From: Chara braunii
Taxonomy: Eukaryota > Plantae > Charophyceae
Assembly (NCBI GenBank): GCA_003427395.1
Contig: BFEA01000017.1
Location: 58,791 to 122,790, forward strand
DNA: 64,000 nt
Direction: 5' to 3'
Shown piece by piece: positions 49,198 through 63,205 of the stretch. The stretch's first letter is position 1, and every line of letters begins with the position of its first letter. The notes beneath the pieces were generated by a model. That model had not been told where the DNA came from, searched no databases, and worked only from the letters and a program-made list of their open reading frames with translations. The position numbers were made by a program, and so were the translations under genes.

Positions 49198-51536
49198 GAG
49201 TGAGGCCTTTTATAGAGCTTGATCTATTGTTAGCCTTTATTCTTGCAAATAATAATTTTGTCATTGGGTCATTCAGTTCATATTCATTCATCTTTGCCTT
49301 GAGTTGTAGTCCTGTGACTTCCCCTTGTCTCCATAGAGCAAGCTCTTCCCGAGTTTTTTCGAAGGTTAAGGAGTACACCCACGATGATGGGTTGTTTTAA
49401 CTTGTTTATAAAGTTAGTCGGCAACGTTGAGTGCTGTTTCAAGGATTTGATTCCTTCGTTTCCGATCATTTGCTAGTTTCCTGGAGATACGGTCCACTGA
49501 CTGGGACATAGAGAGGTACTTGTCTTGAAACCATTCTCATTTGTCCTGACCTTCTAGAAACATACCTTTTGAGTTTTCCCAGCGTTCGTGAACACAGTCT
49601 TGAAAAGTCTGACTTAGGAGAGGGGAGTTATTAAGCTTGTGAAAACTGGCTCCTCTGGTTATATATCGATCAAAGTTAAATATCAACTCTATTGGCTTGT
49701 GGTCTAGTCCAGAGTATGAGACGAGAGCCAGAATATCTGCATCCTTGACAGTTCCCATAAAGGATTTGGATACAAGGAAGTAGATCAATCCAGGAGAAGG
49801 CCGTTTGATGTGCGCGGTTCTTCTTGACAAGGACAATAATGATTCTGAACTCTTCCTCGTTCCATTTCAAGTCCAGCAGGCACCATCTGCCTGTCTCGTT
49901 GTCCGTTTCTCCCACTTGTACCTAGCTGACCAAGGAGACACGAGAGGATTCTGGTATGAGAATCGTGGTACCTTTTGTGCTAAATATGTTGTCCGAGGCC
50001 CACACCTCGTCCTTAATTCCACCTAATTTCCCTGTGAAATATTTTCTTTTCTGATTTTTAGGTGGTCTTCTGAGTTGACAAGGTGAGTTTCTTGCAAAAA
50101 ATAATGTCTGCCGGTTTTTTTGAGTAGTCTTTGAGCCCTGTCAATTATGTCATGTAGTTTGTCTTCTTTAATATTCCCAAGACCATTGACGTCCCAGCTA
50201 CGAATGATTAGGCGTTGTGTTTTCCAGTCCACCTTCAGCCTCTTTGCATTGGCCTCTCTTGTAAGCATTTCTATGGTTGGGCTTGAACGGTGACCATGAA
50301 GGGGCTAATATTTTCGGCTCTAGGTGGCATCTAGGCCCCCGGGTTCCATCGAATCCGCTGAGGGGTTCCATCGAATCGGCTGAGTCCCTGGGCAGATCAG
50401 AGTGGGTATTGGATAGGGACTCATCCAGCATATACTCTCCAATGTTGCCGCTAATTTCTTTAGCAGGGGAACTCTCCCGCTTGGCTTCGGGGTCCATCTG
50501 AGCCCAATCTTCCATCTCCTTTTTAGTGTACTCATCTCTGTAGTATCTGTACAGTTCTATTGCACATTAGGCCCTGGAGTCGAAATCAGCATCCCCAATG
50601 AAAATTTTGTCGCTGATCGGAACCGCCAGTGAGGCTGCCAGTGGGGATTCCATTTCCTGACAGCATGCTGTGGGGAATGGCCGTCACCGTGTCACAAGGT
50701 CGCCATCTCATTCCTCCTTTCAGCTTGGCACCCTCAGGCATTTTTGCAATGAGGGTGGTGAAAGCTCTGGGATCAGGCTTAGCCTGGTCATTCTGAGAGC
50801 CAATGAAGTATGCCTGATCATGCTGGTCATCCTGCAGTGTTGGCTGAGAACCGTCATCCTGTTGAGTCACCGGGGTAACCGTTTCACTGACACCCAGAGG
50901 GTATGCCATTGTGATTTTTTCCTGCAGGATGGTTGCCAACTTGCCACGTTCTGCCCTTCACTGATCCTAGGGATCGTGAAGGACACATCTGTGAGTTCCC
51001 CTTGCTATTCCTCACCAATAACCAGAACCGAGGCAGGTTACAGATCACCACGGAAGATAGAGAAAGTTTCCACAATAGGCGCACATCCTACAGAGCACAT
51101 CGCACTCCTACTGAAGAATGCAGATCGCCGACGTAGTAGAAGAAACGTTGTTGACAAAGTCACATCCTCTGCACTAGGGCCGCCATCTTTGTGCTGCCTT
51201 GGCGCCAACCATATGGTGACAAAGCCGGCCAGATGAGAAGCTTGCGGGAACCCCCACCCACATCTCTCTATCACAAGACAACCTGCTAAGCAAGACATGG
51301 CAATGGCGTGGACTACCCGCTTTTACATGGCGCGCTTCTGTCACCGTCACAGCGTAGACCATCCCGAAGACAGTCGCAGCGCTAAGTGCATGGCATTGAC
51401 GCTCATGCGCAGTGCTCCGGGATTGTGGTGTACACGACCAGGTTGGCTCAATCATTAGTTTGCATTGTTTTAGAACCTTGAGTTGAAGTCCCCAGTGTCC
51501 AACTCCAATAGAAGGCGGTGGGGGGTCCCGAGGGGG

Positions 51537-51555
51537 CACACACACACACACACAC

Positions 51556-51628
<73 letters not shown>
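51537..51628. repeat. (CA)n(GA)n compound microsatellite
   Basis: Direct observation. Another (GA)n at 52219-52281. Confidence 0.97.
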
Positions 51629-51631
<3 letters not shown>

Positions 51632-52214
51632 CAATGCGATGCAACCTCCCAGCCAGCTGTGTGTGTTAGAGCATTTCTCATCTTGGCTCCTGCTGCTGCC
51701 ATTTGTGAGTTGTTTCCCTCCCTATCCCCCTGCTCTCCTTCTGAACCTGCGTTTTGGTCCCGGCTTCCACCTCATGACCACGGTTCCTACGTCAGTGTCC
51801 CCATTTCTTCCCCAGATCACATTGAGACTGCAGCACCATCTGCACCTCTTCCCCTCCTCCGATTCCCACAGGTGAGTCCTTCCAGGGACTTCCACCCCCT
51901 TCAAATCCTGGAGCTTATGTATCTCATCTGAACTCAGACCTGCATTTTCCTCTCCGGCTTCTGAAATGATAACCCTGATCCTCCACTTTCTTCACTCCCC
52001 ATGTGACCATGATACTGATCACGATGCACACCTCCATTCTGGTTCCTATTCTGCGCCCAGCATGGGAGAAGCCCTACTCTCCTCTCCACACCGTCCTTGT
52101 CGGTGAGACCTTAACACTTCCAGGGGTGCGGTCCTAATTGTGTGGTTTATGGAGACTGATTGCCAGTACCTATTAATCTATGCAAGCGGAACCTCATCCC
52201 TGGTGGCCAATTGT

Positions 52215-52279
<65 letters not shown>

Positions 52280-53248
52280 GAGGGGTCCATTTTCTCTCCC
52301 AATCCAATGGAAGAAGGGATACTGCCGTCATGATTATCAGCAAGGAAAAAGACAACACAAACGGGAAGGAAAAAGAGAAGGAAGACATGGCCTTGGTTAC
52401 AGGTAGTGCCCATCTCACACAGATTTTCCATTTCTGGCAGTAGATTGGAAGGATCAACGGCCAGAAATGGCAAATCCTGATAAATGGGTCCTTTCCCCAG
52501 AGCCAGGTCTCACTCGAGGGGGGTGTTGTGGAGTTTGTGGTCACAAGAACACTGGGTGACATCACTGCTGATGCTGTCTGAATCGCACTTGGGCACAGGG
52601 GGATGGTCGGTAGCAGTCAACGACGTAAGAGATAAGGGAATGGGGCATTTGATTGGCAGCCACTGAGGATGTGATCCCCCATTTGTTCATCCATTCGCGG
52701 CTGTATATGCCAACCCTTTCTCTTGATAAGGTTGCCATCCACAACTCACCAGTCCGGAGCACCTTTGAAGCAGAAAAAGACAACAGAGGTCCAGAGCAGT
52801 CAGTAGTTGGAGAGGGAATGATGTTCCCTTTAGGGTCCTGTCACTTATGAGACCCCCACCCCCCACCCACCCTGCCTCTTCCGAAGCCTCCCCAGCGCAT
52901 CCCCACTCCCTGGAGAGGGAATGATGTTACTAGCAGATGTGTTGGACAGAAGGCCTACCCGCCCCATGGCTTTTCAGGGTGTACAACCAGACAGCTTTGT
53001 CTGCATCACGGCTACAATCAGGACCGACAAGGGCAGGAGCTGGGGTGGGTAGCGCTGCCCTGTAACTCAGCTAGATTGAGGGCGTGAGACCGGGTAGAGG
53101 CTTGATTGGTACATGGCACAGCTCTGTTTAAGGGATGCTGAATTGATAAGTTCACCTGAATTTAGGGATAGGATTGAAATTGAATCCTGAGTAGAATGAC
53201 CTTCTGGCTAATCTTCCTTGTTTATAATCCAATAGTGTATAGCCTTTT

Positions 53249-53322
53249 GAATCATCCTGAATCTTCCTGAATCTTCCTGAATCATCTGGAATCATCTGGA
53301 ATCATCCTCAAATCATCCTGAA
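53249..53322. repeat. 10-bp tandem repeat (GAATCATCCT) x~7
   Basis: Direct observation. Confidence 0.9.
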
Positions 53323-54319
53323 CCATTATTAAGCATTGTATTCTTATTATAAGGGACGCTGGGCCCGGTTCCCAGCACGTGCTGCTCCCCACGAATAGAT
53401 CTGATGCTTTGGACGCATCAGAATCTGACCAGAATTACGTCCCGGTACAGTTCCAAGGACAACCTACTGTGAGTTTCCCTGAGAGTTCTTTCTATCGTCC
53501 AACTGAGGCGTCACATTATCTTATTCTGATGATTGATCCTGCCCCAGACTGGGGAAAATGCAGGATGTGCTTGGCCATTGTCGACTCAGACTGGGGCATG
53601 CTCACTTACTTATGACGGCGCCGGTAGCGCCAAGCCGCCGCAGGGGGCAACGTTGCAACGCGGCGCCATCGCTGACGGATATGGCTGGTGAAGGGTCGCC
53701 GTGAGTATGTGGTGAGGCGGTCCTTGATGGGAGTGTGATTCCGCGGGAGCCAATCAAGGCAAATGATACGTGGGCGAGAGTGTGAAGAAAACGCATGCCG
53801 CGCACGTGAGGAGAGCATTTCCATATGGACCTTGGCGTAGAAGACAACGTCGGACTGCGTCATCGCCGACGGAGCTGGGTGGTGACAGGTGGGACGACAT
53901 CATCTAGCTTTTGAGTGAGCGAACGGTGAGTATACATGGAACCGTCGGGACAGCACATCGCGGGCGGCCTACAGATTCAGGGGACTACATAAAGGAAACC
54001 GGTGAGTGTATGTCGGGGGGCGTTTGAAAGGGTGGGCTCTGAAAAAGGGGTGGGGAGGGTGTTTGTTAGATAGTAGAAGGAGAGAAAACGAGGAGGGCTG
54101 GGAGTGTATAGGAGGAAAGGGGGAAGGGGGAGATTGGTGAAGTGATTCGAGAAGCGGAAGGTTGGCGGGGAGGATATAAAGAATACGTATTATCGATAGG
54201 GCAACGGGACGGGTATCAGGGTGATCATTGTTGATGGGCCAGCGCCATCACTGAGGGATCCGGGTGGTACCTGGTGCTTGAGCGGGTGAGCAGTGAGTGC
54301 ACGTGGATCGGTGGGACAA

Positions 54320-54800
54320 CACATCGCGGGATCTGTGATTTGAGAAAGGGAGGGCTCCTGAGCAGGGAGGGGTGAGTTGCAAGCTTCGCGAGCGATCCAA
54401 GAAGGAGAGGATATCGCTGAGAGGGACTGCTGGTGAATGAGGGACAGAAGAGAGTTGGGGGAAATACGGCAGAAATACGGCAGAGAAGACGGCGAATGCA
54501 TCGACAAGATTCGCGAGCGATCCGAGACGGGGAGGACAGGCGGGGAGGATATAGCGAATACCACCGACAACACCGCGGGATTTGTGATATGAGAAAGGGA
54601 GGGCTCCTAGGCAGGGAGGGGTGAGTTGCAAGCTTCGCGAGAGTTCCAAGAAGGGGAGGATATCGCTGAGAGGGACTGTTGGTGAATGAGGGACAAAAGA
54701 GAGTTGGAGGAAATACGACAGAGAAGACGGCGAATGCATCGACAAGAATCACGAGCGATCTGAGACGGGGAGGACAGGCAGGGAGGATATAGCGAATACA
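54320..54800 (+). repeat. ~240-bp tandem duplication upstream of LINE-C
   Basis: 54325-54560 is similar to 54575-54800. Confidence 0.85.
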
Positions 54801-55589
54801 CGTCATCGCTGAAGGTGCATCGACAGGACAGTGCATCGCGAGCGGGTGGTGAGATCTCAGGAAGAAAACAGGTGAAGGAAAACCGCGAACGCACGTCTCG
54901 TGGTCCCCGAAGGAAAGAGGCTGGTGATCTGAGAAGGGGAGGGCTCCTGGTTGGGGAGAGGTGAGCTGTAAGAATAGGAGAAGGGGAGACAGTGAGGAGG
55001 GCGGGTTGTGGTCGACAATTGAGGGGAAAGGACAAAGGGAGGAGAGGGGGAGAAGAGTAGGGGAGGTGAGGACCTTTGGGGGACCAGGTGAGGAGAGACT
55101 CACGAGTGGGACCAACATCCCGGGAAGGGGAGGGCAGTAAGGGGGATATAGGAAGAAAGGCATAAAGGAAGGATCGACCGAACAATAGAGGGGAGGAGGA
55201 AGAAGTTGAACAAAGGATGCGAGGGGAGGGAGTTGAATAGAGGATGTAAGGGGAGACTCTGAACTGGATAGTGAAGAGGGATAGATGGTGAGCAAGGGAC
55301 ATAAAGATTTTTGGAAATACGGCAGCTAAGACAATGACTGCGACGAGGTCGGATTGGAGACACGGGGTGCGCCGGGTCAGTCCCCCTATATCTGCATCAA
55401 TGGATGTCCAGAAGTGCCTATGCGCCCTTCTCCGACTGGGCCTTCGGACGGGTGTCGCGGACTGGGACTTAGAACCGCTGTCGTGGACCCGCCTGTGAAT
55501 AACCAGCAGCCATAATGGGAACTGACCCGGTCCGAGCGGTATATGGGAAGGATCGTATCTAGAACCAATGCCGTCGGGCGACGGATCTT

Positions 55590-58500
55590 CGGATCTTGAC
55601 CTGCGATCCTTGAATGTAAACGGCCTGGCCTCGTGTAAATAGGACAAGAAGAATGCAATATGGGACTTGATGAGAGGGATGGGGGGTAGGGACTGGCCGG
55701 ACGTACTGTGTATTCAGGAAACCCATCTGATGGACTCCCCGGAACATAACCGCATCCACAAAATGATCTGGCCATACGAAGCGTTCAGAGTCCATGCCCC
55801 GAGACCTGGCAGTGCAAGGGTGGCCATTTGGATCCTCCCCGAGTCCCGCGCAAACCCGGTGCATTGGGTAATGGACCAGGAAGGGGGCAGATGGGTATCA
55901 GTCCTGGTCACTCTGGAGCCAGAAATCGTGTGCATACTGTGCGTTTTATGGCCCCAACACCGTGAGCGAAAGAAGAACATTTTTTTAGCAGATCAAAACG
56001 CAGATTCCGGATAGCGTCCTGATCATTATGGCAGGGGACTATAATGCGGCCCCAGATCGGTGGATGGATAGATGGAAGACCTCTTTCCCTACCCCAACGT
56101 ACGTAGAAGAAGATGAGCGCATGATAAGGGATTTAAGTCTTTCACTAAACATCTTCGACTCCTTCCGGAGACTCAACCCGGACAAAAGATTTTATTCTTG
56201 TCTACGTAAGACTGAGACCGACAATCAGACGAGATCCAGGATAGACTTGATCTTACTCTCAGAGAACCTGGCCGAAGCATTGTTGATGGCAGCAATACTA
56301 TCGGTCAGTCCGTATCCGGGTCTCGACCACAAGATGTGCACAATGGTTTTATTATTCCGAAAGAAGCCTGACTAGGGGCTGGGCTTCTATAAACTAAATG
56401 TATCTATCTCATGTCCCCTATCATTCCAAAGGTACGTCAGGGACTGCCGAACTTTTTGGCACACAGAGAAACAATATATTCCGTATCAGATTGACTGATT
56501 TAATAATGATCTTTTTTATCTGGGGAAGAAATGCCGAGAATATTCAAAACAACTCGCAGTCGGAAGTTATCAGCAGGAAATGGATATTCACCAACAATTG
56601 CAGCAACTTGAGCAACAAGACAGGCTAGATAGCTCAGACAACTCAGTAAATAACGCAGATAATAATCTAGACTTACAGCCAGTAGAGCATTCAGAAATAA
56701 AAGTCCTACAACAACGCCTCCAAACCTTTGTTGCACAACGCTGGGAGGGTATACGCATAAGAGGAAGAATGACACGACATCAAAAGGAAGGTTCTATGAA
56801 GAAAAAAAAAATCGGTATGGCCCGGGCACGCATGCGTATAACGAAAGTAGAAGCGTTATATGACCCGCAGTCGGGTCGCAGTGATGTGGCCACCTCTACC
56901 CCTGAATGCACACGGATAGCTGAGCTTTTTTTGAAGACTTATTTACCTTGAGATGTGGCCAACAAGAGAAAGATATAAGGGAGAAAGAAATCGCATAATT
57001 TTTAACCCGATGACAAAGTCTGTGACGGGCCAGCAAAGAATGGATCTAGACCGACCCCTATCCAAAGAGGAAATCTGATCAGCAATGATGCAAATGGATG
57101 AGGTAAAAACCTCGGGGGTGTACGGACTCCGCAAGGAGTTCTGGGAGACCTTCTGGTCTCAAATCGCCCCGGACCTCATGAAATTCTATCGCCTAGTTTG
57201 GGAGACGGGGAGTACGGGGGAGCTGGTGGGGTAAGGTATCCTCACGTTGCTGTATAAAAAAGGAGACATGATGGACATCAGAAACTACTGCCTTATCACG
57301 CTGCTTACCGTTGTGTATAAGATGTTGGCGAAAACCTTGGCAAACTGGTTAATTCCGGTGCTGGATCAGGTTATCCATCCGACACAAACTGGTTTTGTCA
57401 AGGGCCGTAGGATAATATTTTGTTGGTCAATGAACTCCTTAAACCAACCAGGCAGGATAAATAAAACGTGGTCGTGGTCTTCATTGATTTTGAGAAAGCC
57501 TACGACCACGTGGACTGGAAGTTTTTGATAGTTGCATGGAAAAAATGAATATAGGCCCGGTATTTCGCCGCTGGACCGAAATTCTGCACCGTAATGCAAC
57601 CACAAGTGTCCAGGTGAACGGCAAATTGACGCTGCCATTTTCGCTGCAACGTCTGGCGACCCGTTGACACCTTTCCTATTCATAATTGTGATGGAGGCGC
57701 CAACAACGACCCGTTGACACCTCTCCTATTCATAATTGTGATGGAGGCGCCAACAGCAAACCTCCGGGCAAACAAGGATCTAAAGAAGCTACACATCTCG
57801 ACCATCCCCAAAGAAGCAATCCCCATTTGTTCAATGTTTGCGGACGATCTGACACTTGTGGTAGATGCTACCATTGAAAACATGGAAGAGATCAGACGAC
57901 TCTTTGATAAGTTCACAACAGTCTTAGACATGGACTGTCAATTGGGGTAACAAAACACTGGGATGGTCGATTCACCACCAAGGGGTGCGCCCTCCGGAAC
58001 TACCCCGAGTTAAATGGCTCCCTGAATCGCCCCCGGTGAGAGTGGTGGGAATCATGTTAACAGCAACAGGAAGACATGCGGCCAGCGATGATTGGATTCT
58101 TAAACCTGCGCTGGCGAAGCTGGCACGCTGGAATGATCAACACACCTCCTTGATTGGTAGGGCGCTAGTGATTAATAGTGTGGTGCTGGCCGCTCTATGG
58201 TACAAGTCTGCAGTATGGGCACTTAGCAAGGATGCAATACGGTCGTTTAGGCGGCAAATAACTACCCTGTTGTGGAGAAGTAACAACGAGCTTCCAAATG
58301 TTATCAGCAAGGTGGCCTGGGTATCGCTAATCCAACCCAAAGACAAAGGGGGCTTGGGGATTGTGGATCCCGGTACTCAGACCACATCGATAATGGTTCA
58401 ATGGAGTAAGAGGCTGATGCTCACACAGGACCTTCCCTAGTATGCATTGGCGCTGAAACAGATTGCCCGGCTGGCCCCACAAGCACCACAAACAGTTGAC

Positions 58501-60139
58501 CCCCTGACCTGGCTAGAAGACCATTTCTGGTCTATCCCACGACGCTCTCGCGCCTACCAAACCACGAGCCGGGGCGCAGCCCGTGGCGACCTGCCCAGGG
58601 ATGCTTTCTGGATCCGATGCTTGCGAGTTTGGCACCAGCTTTCTCTCCCAGATAAACCCGGACCAACCAGGTGGGACGAGGTGGCTAGACAACCCCTGTA
58701 TGGGAACAAAAATATCACGGACCGGAATGGAAGGATATTCTGCAGTTCGGACTCCCCCAGGAGCAGCTTGGTTAAGAAAGGCATACTTAGAGTTAAAGAT
58801 ATCTGGGATTCAGAAAACAAGGACTGGAAAACGGCGCCACATATGAGGACGTCATTGAAACACCGTCACAACATAGAAACGAATCTGGACCAGCTGATCT
58901 TCGCAATTCCCCTGGATTGGGTGCACATTCTGCGCAAGGGGCCAAGACTAGTGGAAGGGGATTGGGTTGCTGCTCCGGGAGACCCGGAGAGTGTAGGGAG
59001 TTTCGTAGAGGTACGCGCAAATGAAACATTGGTAAACCGCTTCTATAAGGGAACCGACAATGTGCCATCCAGATACACCCCGGACGTGACGAGATGGTGG
59101 AGAAACGCTGATCCGCACAGCATCCGGGTGTTTAAAAATAAAGAAGATTGAATAGCATACCGGCCGCAGACCCGCCTTGTAGACCTCCCCTTTGACCCTG
59201 AAGAGTGGCAATGGCCCCCTGCGGTGACTAAAAATGTAATGCTCTCGTGCCTGACTTTGAAGGCCACAGACCGGTTACTGCACCCCAGAGTAAACTTGAA
59301 AGACATTGTCAAGACCTGTTGGAAGTCTCATTTGAATGTGGTGGTCGACGCTATCCGGCCCATTCGGTGGTTCACCCTCACGCGAGCTAGACCTGCAAAG
59401 CTGGCCTCGCTACAATGGCAGATAGAACACCGCTGCCTCCCCACCAATGACTGGCTGATAGATCGCACATACCTGGAACAGGGAGGTCTGGCGCTCGCAT
59501 GGTGTAAGTCGTGTCACACGGCGTTCCCCTCCCGCAAGATCCCGAAAACAATTGAACACGTTCTTGCAGTGTCTGGGGGCTGTCCTCACATGGCGATGGT
59601 GGGACAGAATCTGGAACCTGCTGGGCACGGGCTCTACCTGGCCATGGGGCTGGAGGGCGATTCTATGCGAAACATGGACCTCCCCCTCAAATAGTTCCTT
59701 CGAGAATAACATGTTTAAGATAGGGAGGAGAGTCGTCATGTGGGCCATCTGGAGGAAAAGCTGCATACATGCCATGGAAGGGGTCCACATAGCCGGGCAG
59801 GAAATGACGGACATGGTCAAACAATATGTACACCAGGATCTTAGGGCACAATGGCAGAAAGTTAAAAGTCAGCTGGACCTATTCCAAACACAAAAAGTCA
59901 TAAAACAAAAAATCCAGAGGACTGGCTGGGCAGCGAGAATGGAGGAAGGATCGCCTTCATCAAGTGGGACAGCGACTGCTTCCAGGAAGGTAATGAAGGC
60001 ATCGATGATGGTAATCCAGGGACGATCAAAAGAGATTATCATATCTGTTTCAGAGATTGGACAACGGTGGATCCAAGAATTCTGTTGCGGCCTCCCTTGG
60101 ACTTTCCTGACTCCTTTCCCCCCCATCAGCGGGCCGTAG
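55590..60139 (+). mobile_element. Degenerate L1/Tx1-clade LINE (LINE-C), full-length ORF2
   Basis: DWPDVLCIQETHL; MAGDYN; SRIDLIL; GLDHK; DFEKAYDHVDW (~57490); MFADD (~57835); GGLGIVDP; C-terminal zinc finger CLPTND..CKSC..TIEHV. Multiple stops and frameshifts. Confidence 0.95.
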
Positions 60140-60385
60140 TAGACATGCAATGGTATGGGGTGGTATGAGTAGGCCTGAAGTGTCAATAGAAGGGGTATCT
60201 CAATGGAAGGGGGTGGGAGGAACCAGGGTGTGATAGCAGATATCTGGCGCCAGGTTCAGGGAGAAGAGGTTCCCCCCCCTCCCAACATCCTGCTCAGTCG
60301 ATCCCCTGGATCCCAGGGTAATCAATGTTGGCAGGGATATGCCTGCACTTCTTTTTCTGATGCAATTCGAATTCTGTCCATGTAA

Positions 60386-61350
60386 GGGACGCTGGACCCG
60401 TTTTCCAGCAGGTGTTGCTCCCCAGCAATAGATGGAGCTCCCCCCAGGTGCTAGCGGTATCTGCTCTTATCAGCACCACTAGCACTGACGGAGGCGTGTT
60501 TTTTAATTAAAAAAAAAAAAAAAAAAAAATCCTGCCCCAGACTGCAACTTTTTTCTTTTCTTTTCTTTTTTTTTTTCTTTCCCCCGAACATCGTAGAGGC
60601 GAGGAGCCTGCTGATGGGGTTGGTTCTCGCATCCCCCATTAGTAGGCCTCCCGCAGTTGGTGGCTCCTTTCTACTGGTGGGGAGCTGCACCTGCTGGAAA
60701 CTGGGTCCACGGTCTTTTTTTTTTTTTTTTCTTTTTGGTGACGCTCCCCACCAATAGATAAAGCCCCTCCCAGGGTGCTGGGGGTGTCTGATCTCATCAG
60801 CACCACTAGCACTACAGGGGGTTAAGAAAAAAAAGAAAAAAAAGGGATAATTTGCAAAATACACCCATAAGTCGAGATATGTGCCAAAATGCCCCTGAAA
60901 GATGTGGGTAGAGCGGAATGCCCCTCTGACAAAAAGAAAAAAATTGTGAAATACCCTTCGCGTCGGTTGGACCCCCCATCTTTGTGATATAACCCTGCCG
61001 GGTACCATCCAACTTTGCAAAATACCCAGAACTTAGCAACTTTCCTAAGGCCCAGCTGCAAAAGGCCATGCCCAAACGGCAAGGTCCAGATCGCAAATTT
61101 GCACACCTGCCTGACAGGGGCATAACACAAAGAATTTGGCCCAAAACTCCATTCCGCTCTACCCACATCTTTCAGGGGCATTTTGGCATATATCTCAACT
61201 TTTGGGTGTATTTCGCAAATTATTCCCCCCCCCCCCCCCTCCTCTCAAAAAAAAAAAACTCGATCCACCGTCCTATTCAACTATCTTCTTTTTTTTAGGG
61301 GGAGATCGTCGTGCAGTTCCTCTATCCAGCCTTGCCGTGAGGGGAACGTC
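60386..61350. mobile_element. MITE family W copy containing a nested MULE-like MITE
   Basis: Left end GGGACGCTGGACCCG; possible right end AACGTCCC; internal inverted copy 60665-60712. Superfamily unresolved. Confidence 0.45.
60844..61227. mobile_element. Mutator-like MITE with ~75-bp TIRs
   Basis: GGGATAATTTGCAAAATACACCCA...GTAGAGCGGAATG (60844-60920) is the near-perfect reverse complement of 61150-61227. TSD obscured by homopolymers. Confidence 0.8.
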
Positions 61351-61609
61351 CCCCTAGCATCAAGGATTGTATTTAAATGCTGAATCTGGACGTATTTGTG
61401 CGCGAGGTGCAGAAAATGGCGCTTGATCTGCATTTCTGCATCTCTATGTGAAATTCATCCAGATTCAGGCTCTCAATCCAATCCCCTTGGCCAGTAGGAC
61501 CCCACCACCTCACCCCTTGTGGTAAGAACCACCGGACCAATGAGCCTAGCTGAGTTGGTATGACCAGGGACTGTTGAAATACAGAGTCTGACTGAAGTTC
61601 CTGGTTGTT

Positions 61610-61640
<31 letters not shown>

Positions 61641-62449
61641 CAAAACAATCCAGATGATGGGGAAGTTAGGCCACTTAGGCCGACACTGTTATGTGTGTAT
61701 TGGTGCTTCGTGACAAGTATTGATGCTGTGTGAATTGTCTCACCAATCCAGATGATGGAAAAATATGAATGAAATCAAATATTTTCCGAGTTTCCTGGGT
61801 CGGATCAGCTCAATGACAACGGGGCTCGTTCGACACTCCTTGGGGAATCCTCGGGCCCCGAGGACGATTCCTTGGAGTCGCCGGAGGAAATTCCGGCCTT
61901 CGTTCCACTCATCCTCGGAGTCGTCCCCTGAGGCCGATTCCTCGGGGCTCCGGCAGCCAGATTTATATATCCACGCGAGGGTGGGGCCGATGGTGGTCCA
62001 TCGAGTTGTGTCTGTGCGGACGGCGTTGGTCCACCTCTGATGGCCGTCGCAAATTCCAGTCACGGCGGGAAAAAAAAGAATACAAAAAAGGGGCCATTGG
62101 AAATGGCGCGCACGGCCACAGTTCAAAATTCGAAATTTGAAATCTTGCTCTGCGATTGGCGGCGCGTGATGGACGTACGTTTCACACCCGATTGCATCAG
62201 CGGCCGGCATTCGGGGCGTTCGCATGAGTGACGATGGTGGCCGGTAGTTGTCATCGAAGAGTACGCAGGTCTACGCTTGCGCAGAAACGGAGACGGCATT
62301 GACTTCTCACCATCGTCGCGGGCACACGACCGTCGTCAGTGCGTGGCGTACAAGGTTGTCTGCAGAGGCGGCGCTGTGTTCTTCCACGTGGCGGCGTTTG
62401 TGCAGTCGTGTGTTGTTATTGACGTGATGTCCTTGGAAGCGGCATCGGG

Positions 62450-62760
62450 GATGGATATTGATGGCGAGGTCGGGCGTGACGGTCTGACGATGGCAGAGAG
62501 GACGGCTGTCGCTGCGGCGGTGAATGTCGTCCTTCCGTTGCCAAATGGCGAGCAGCGAGGGGAAGTTCAAAGCGGCCGTTCGTGCACGCCGCAAGCTGTC
62601 GGCGCTGCCGACGAGTGGCCAGTGCTTGGACGTCGGTGCCATTTCCGACGCGGTGCTGCAGGTCTGCTATGCGATGGGGTGCGGCGCGTTTCCATGGGCG
62701 ACTCCAAGGTGGTGGATGAAACGTCGGACAAGAGGTACGTGGGAGGATCTGCGGCAGGAG
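62450..62760 (+). pseudogene. N-terminal fragment of Harbinger transposase
   Basis: VLQVCYAMGCGAFPWATPRWWMKRRTRGTWEDLRQ resembles the W.K.R...W motif preceding the HTH of DDE_Tnp_4 transposases. DDE core absent. Confidence 0.65.
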
Positions 62761-62787
62761 GTACGTGGGAGGATCTTCGTCTTCGAA

Positions 62788-63205
62788 TCAGGAGGAGGAT
62801 CTACGGGAAGACTGCTCGTACACGCCGCCGCCCGTCCCGCATAGCTCCGTAGCTGCCCACTCCTGCGTCGATCCGCTGCCCAACGACACAGTGCGTGGCC
62901 GTCTCTCCTCCTCCTCGTCGTCTGATGAGCCGGGGAGTGGTTGCAAGTGCGGTGGCAATGCCTCATACCCAACGCCCTCCCAACGGTCGACGGGCTTCCC
63001 CCGCACCGCCTCCCGCCGACCTGCTCACCTCTGGACCTGGCGATCGCCTGCCGTGCCTCCGTCCTGGCGTCCTTCATCAAAGACTTTCTTTTGCTTCGAC
63101 GCCGCGGTACGTTCCCGAGGATACACATGTGGAAGACAACCAAGAGGAGCAGCAATAGGACAACCAGGAGCAGCAGTGGCAGCCTGCGGAACACGTCAGC
63201 CATGA
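62788..63205 (-). pseudogene. N-terminal fragment of Harbinger Myb/SANT(trihelix)-like ORF
   Basis: YEALPPHLQPLPGSSDDEEE..VSLGSGSTQEWAATELCG, recalled from Chara Myb-like repeat proteins. The Myb domain itself is deleted. Confidence 0.55.

Larger units (their letters stand above)
45490..50950 (-). mobile_element. Degenerate L1/Tx1-clade LINE (LINE-B), 3'-truncated, with two nested insertions
   Basis: SWDVNGL..LQETHL (50023-50220); GLDHKP; DFEKAYDQVNW (~47770); MFADD (~46510); LLGRALTINTSISSMMWY (46012-46299). ORF1 remnant above 50230 is uncertain. Confidence 0.92.
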
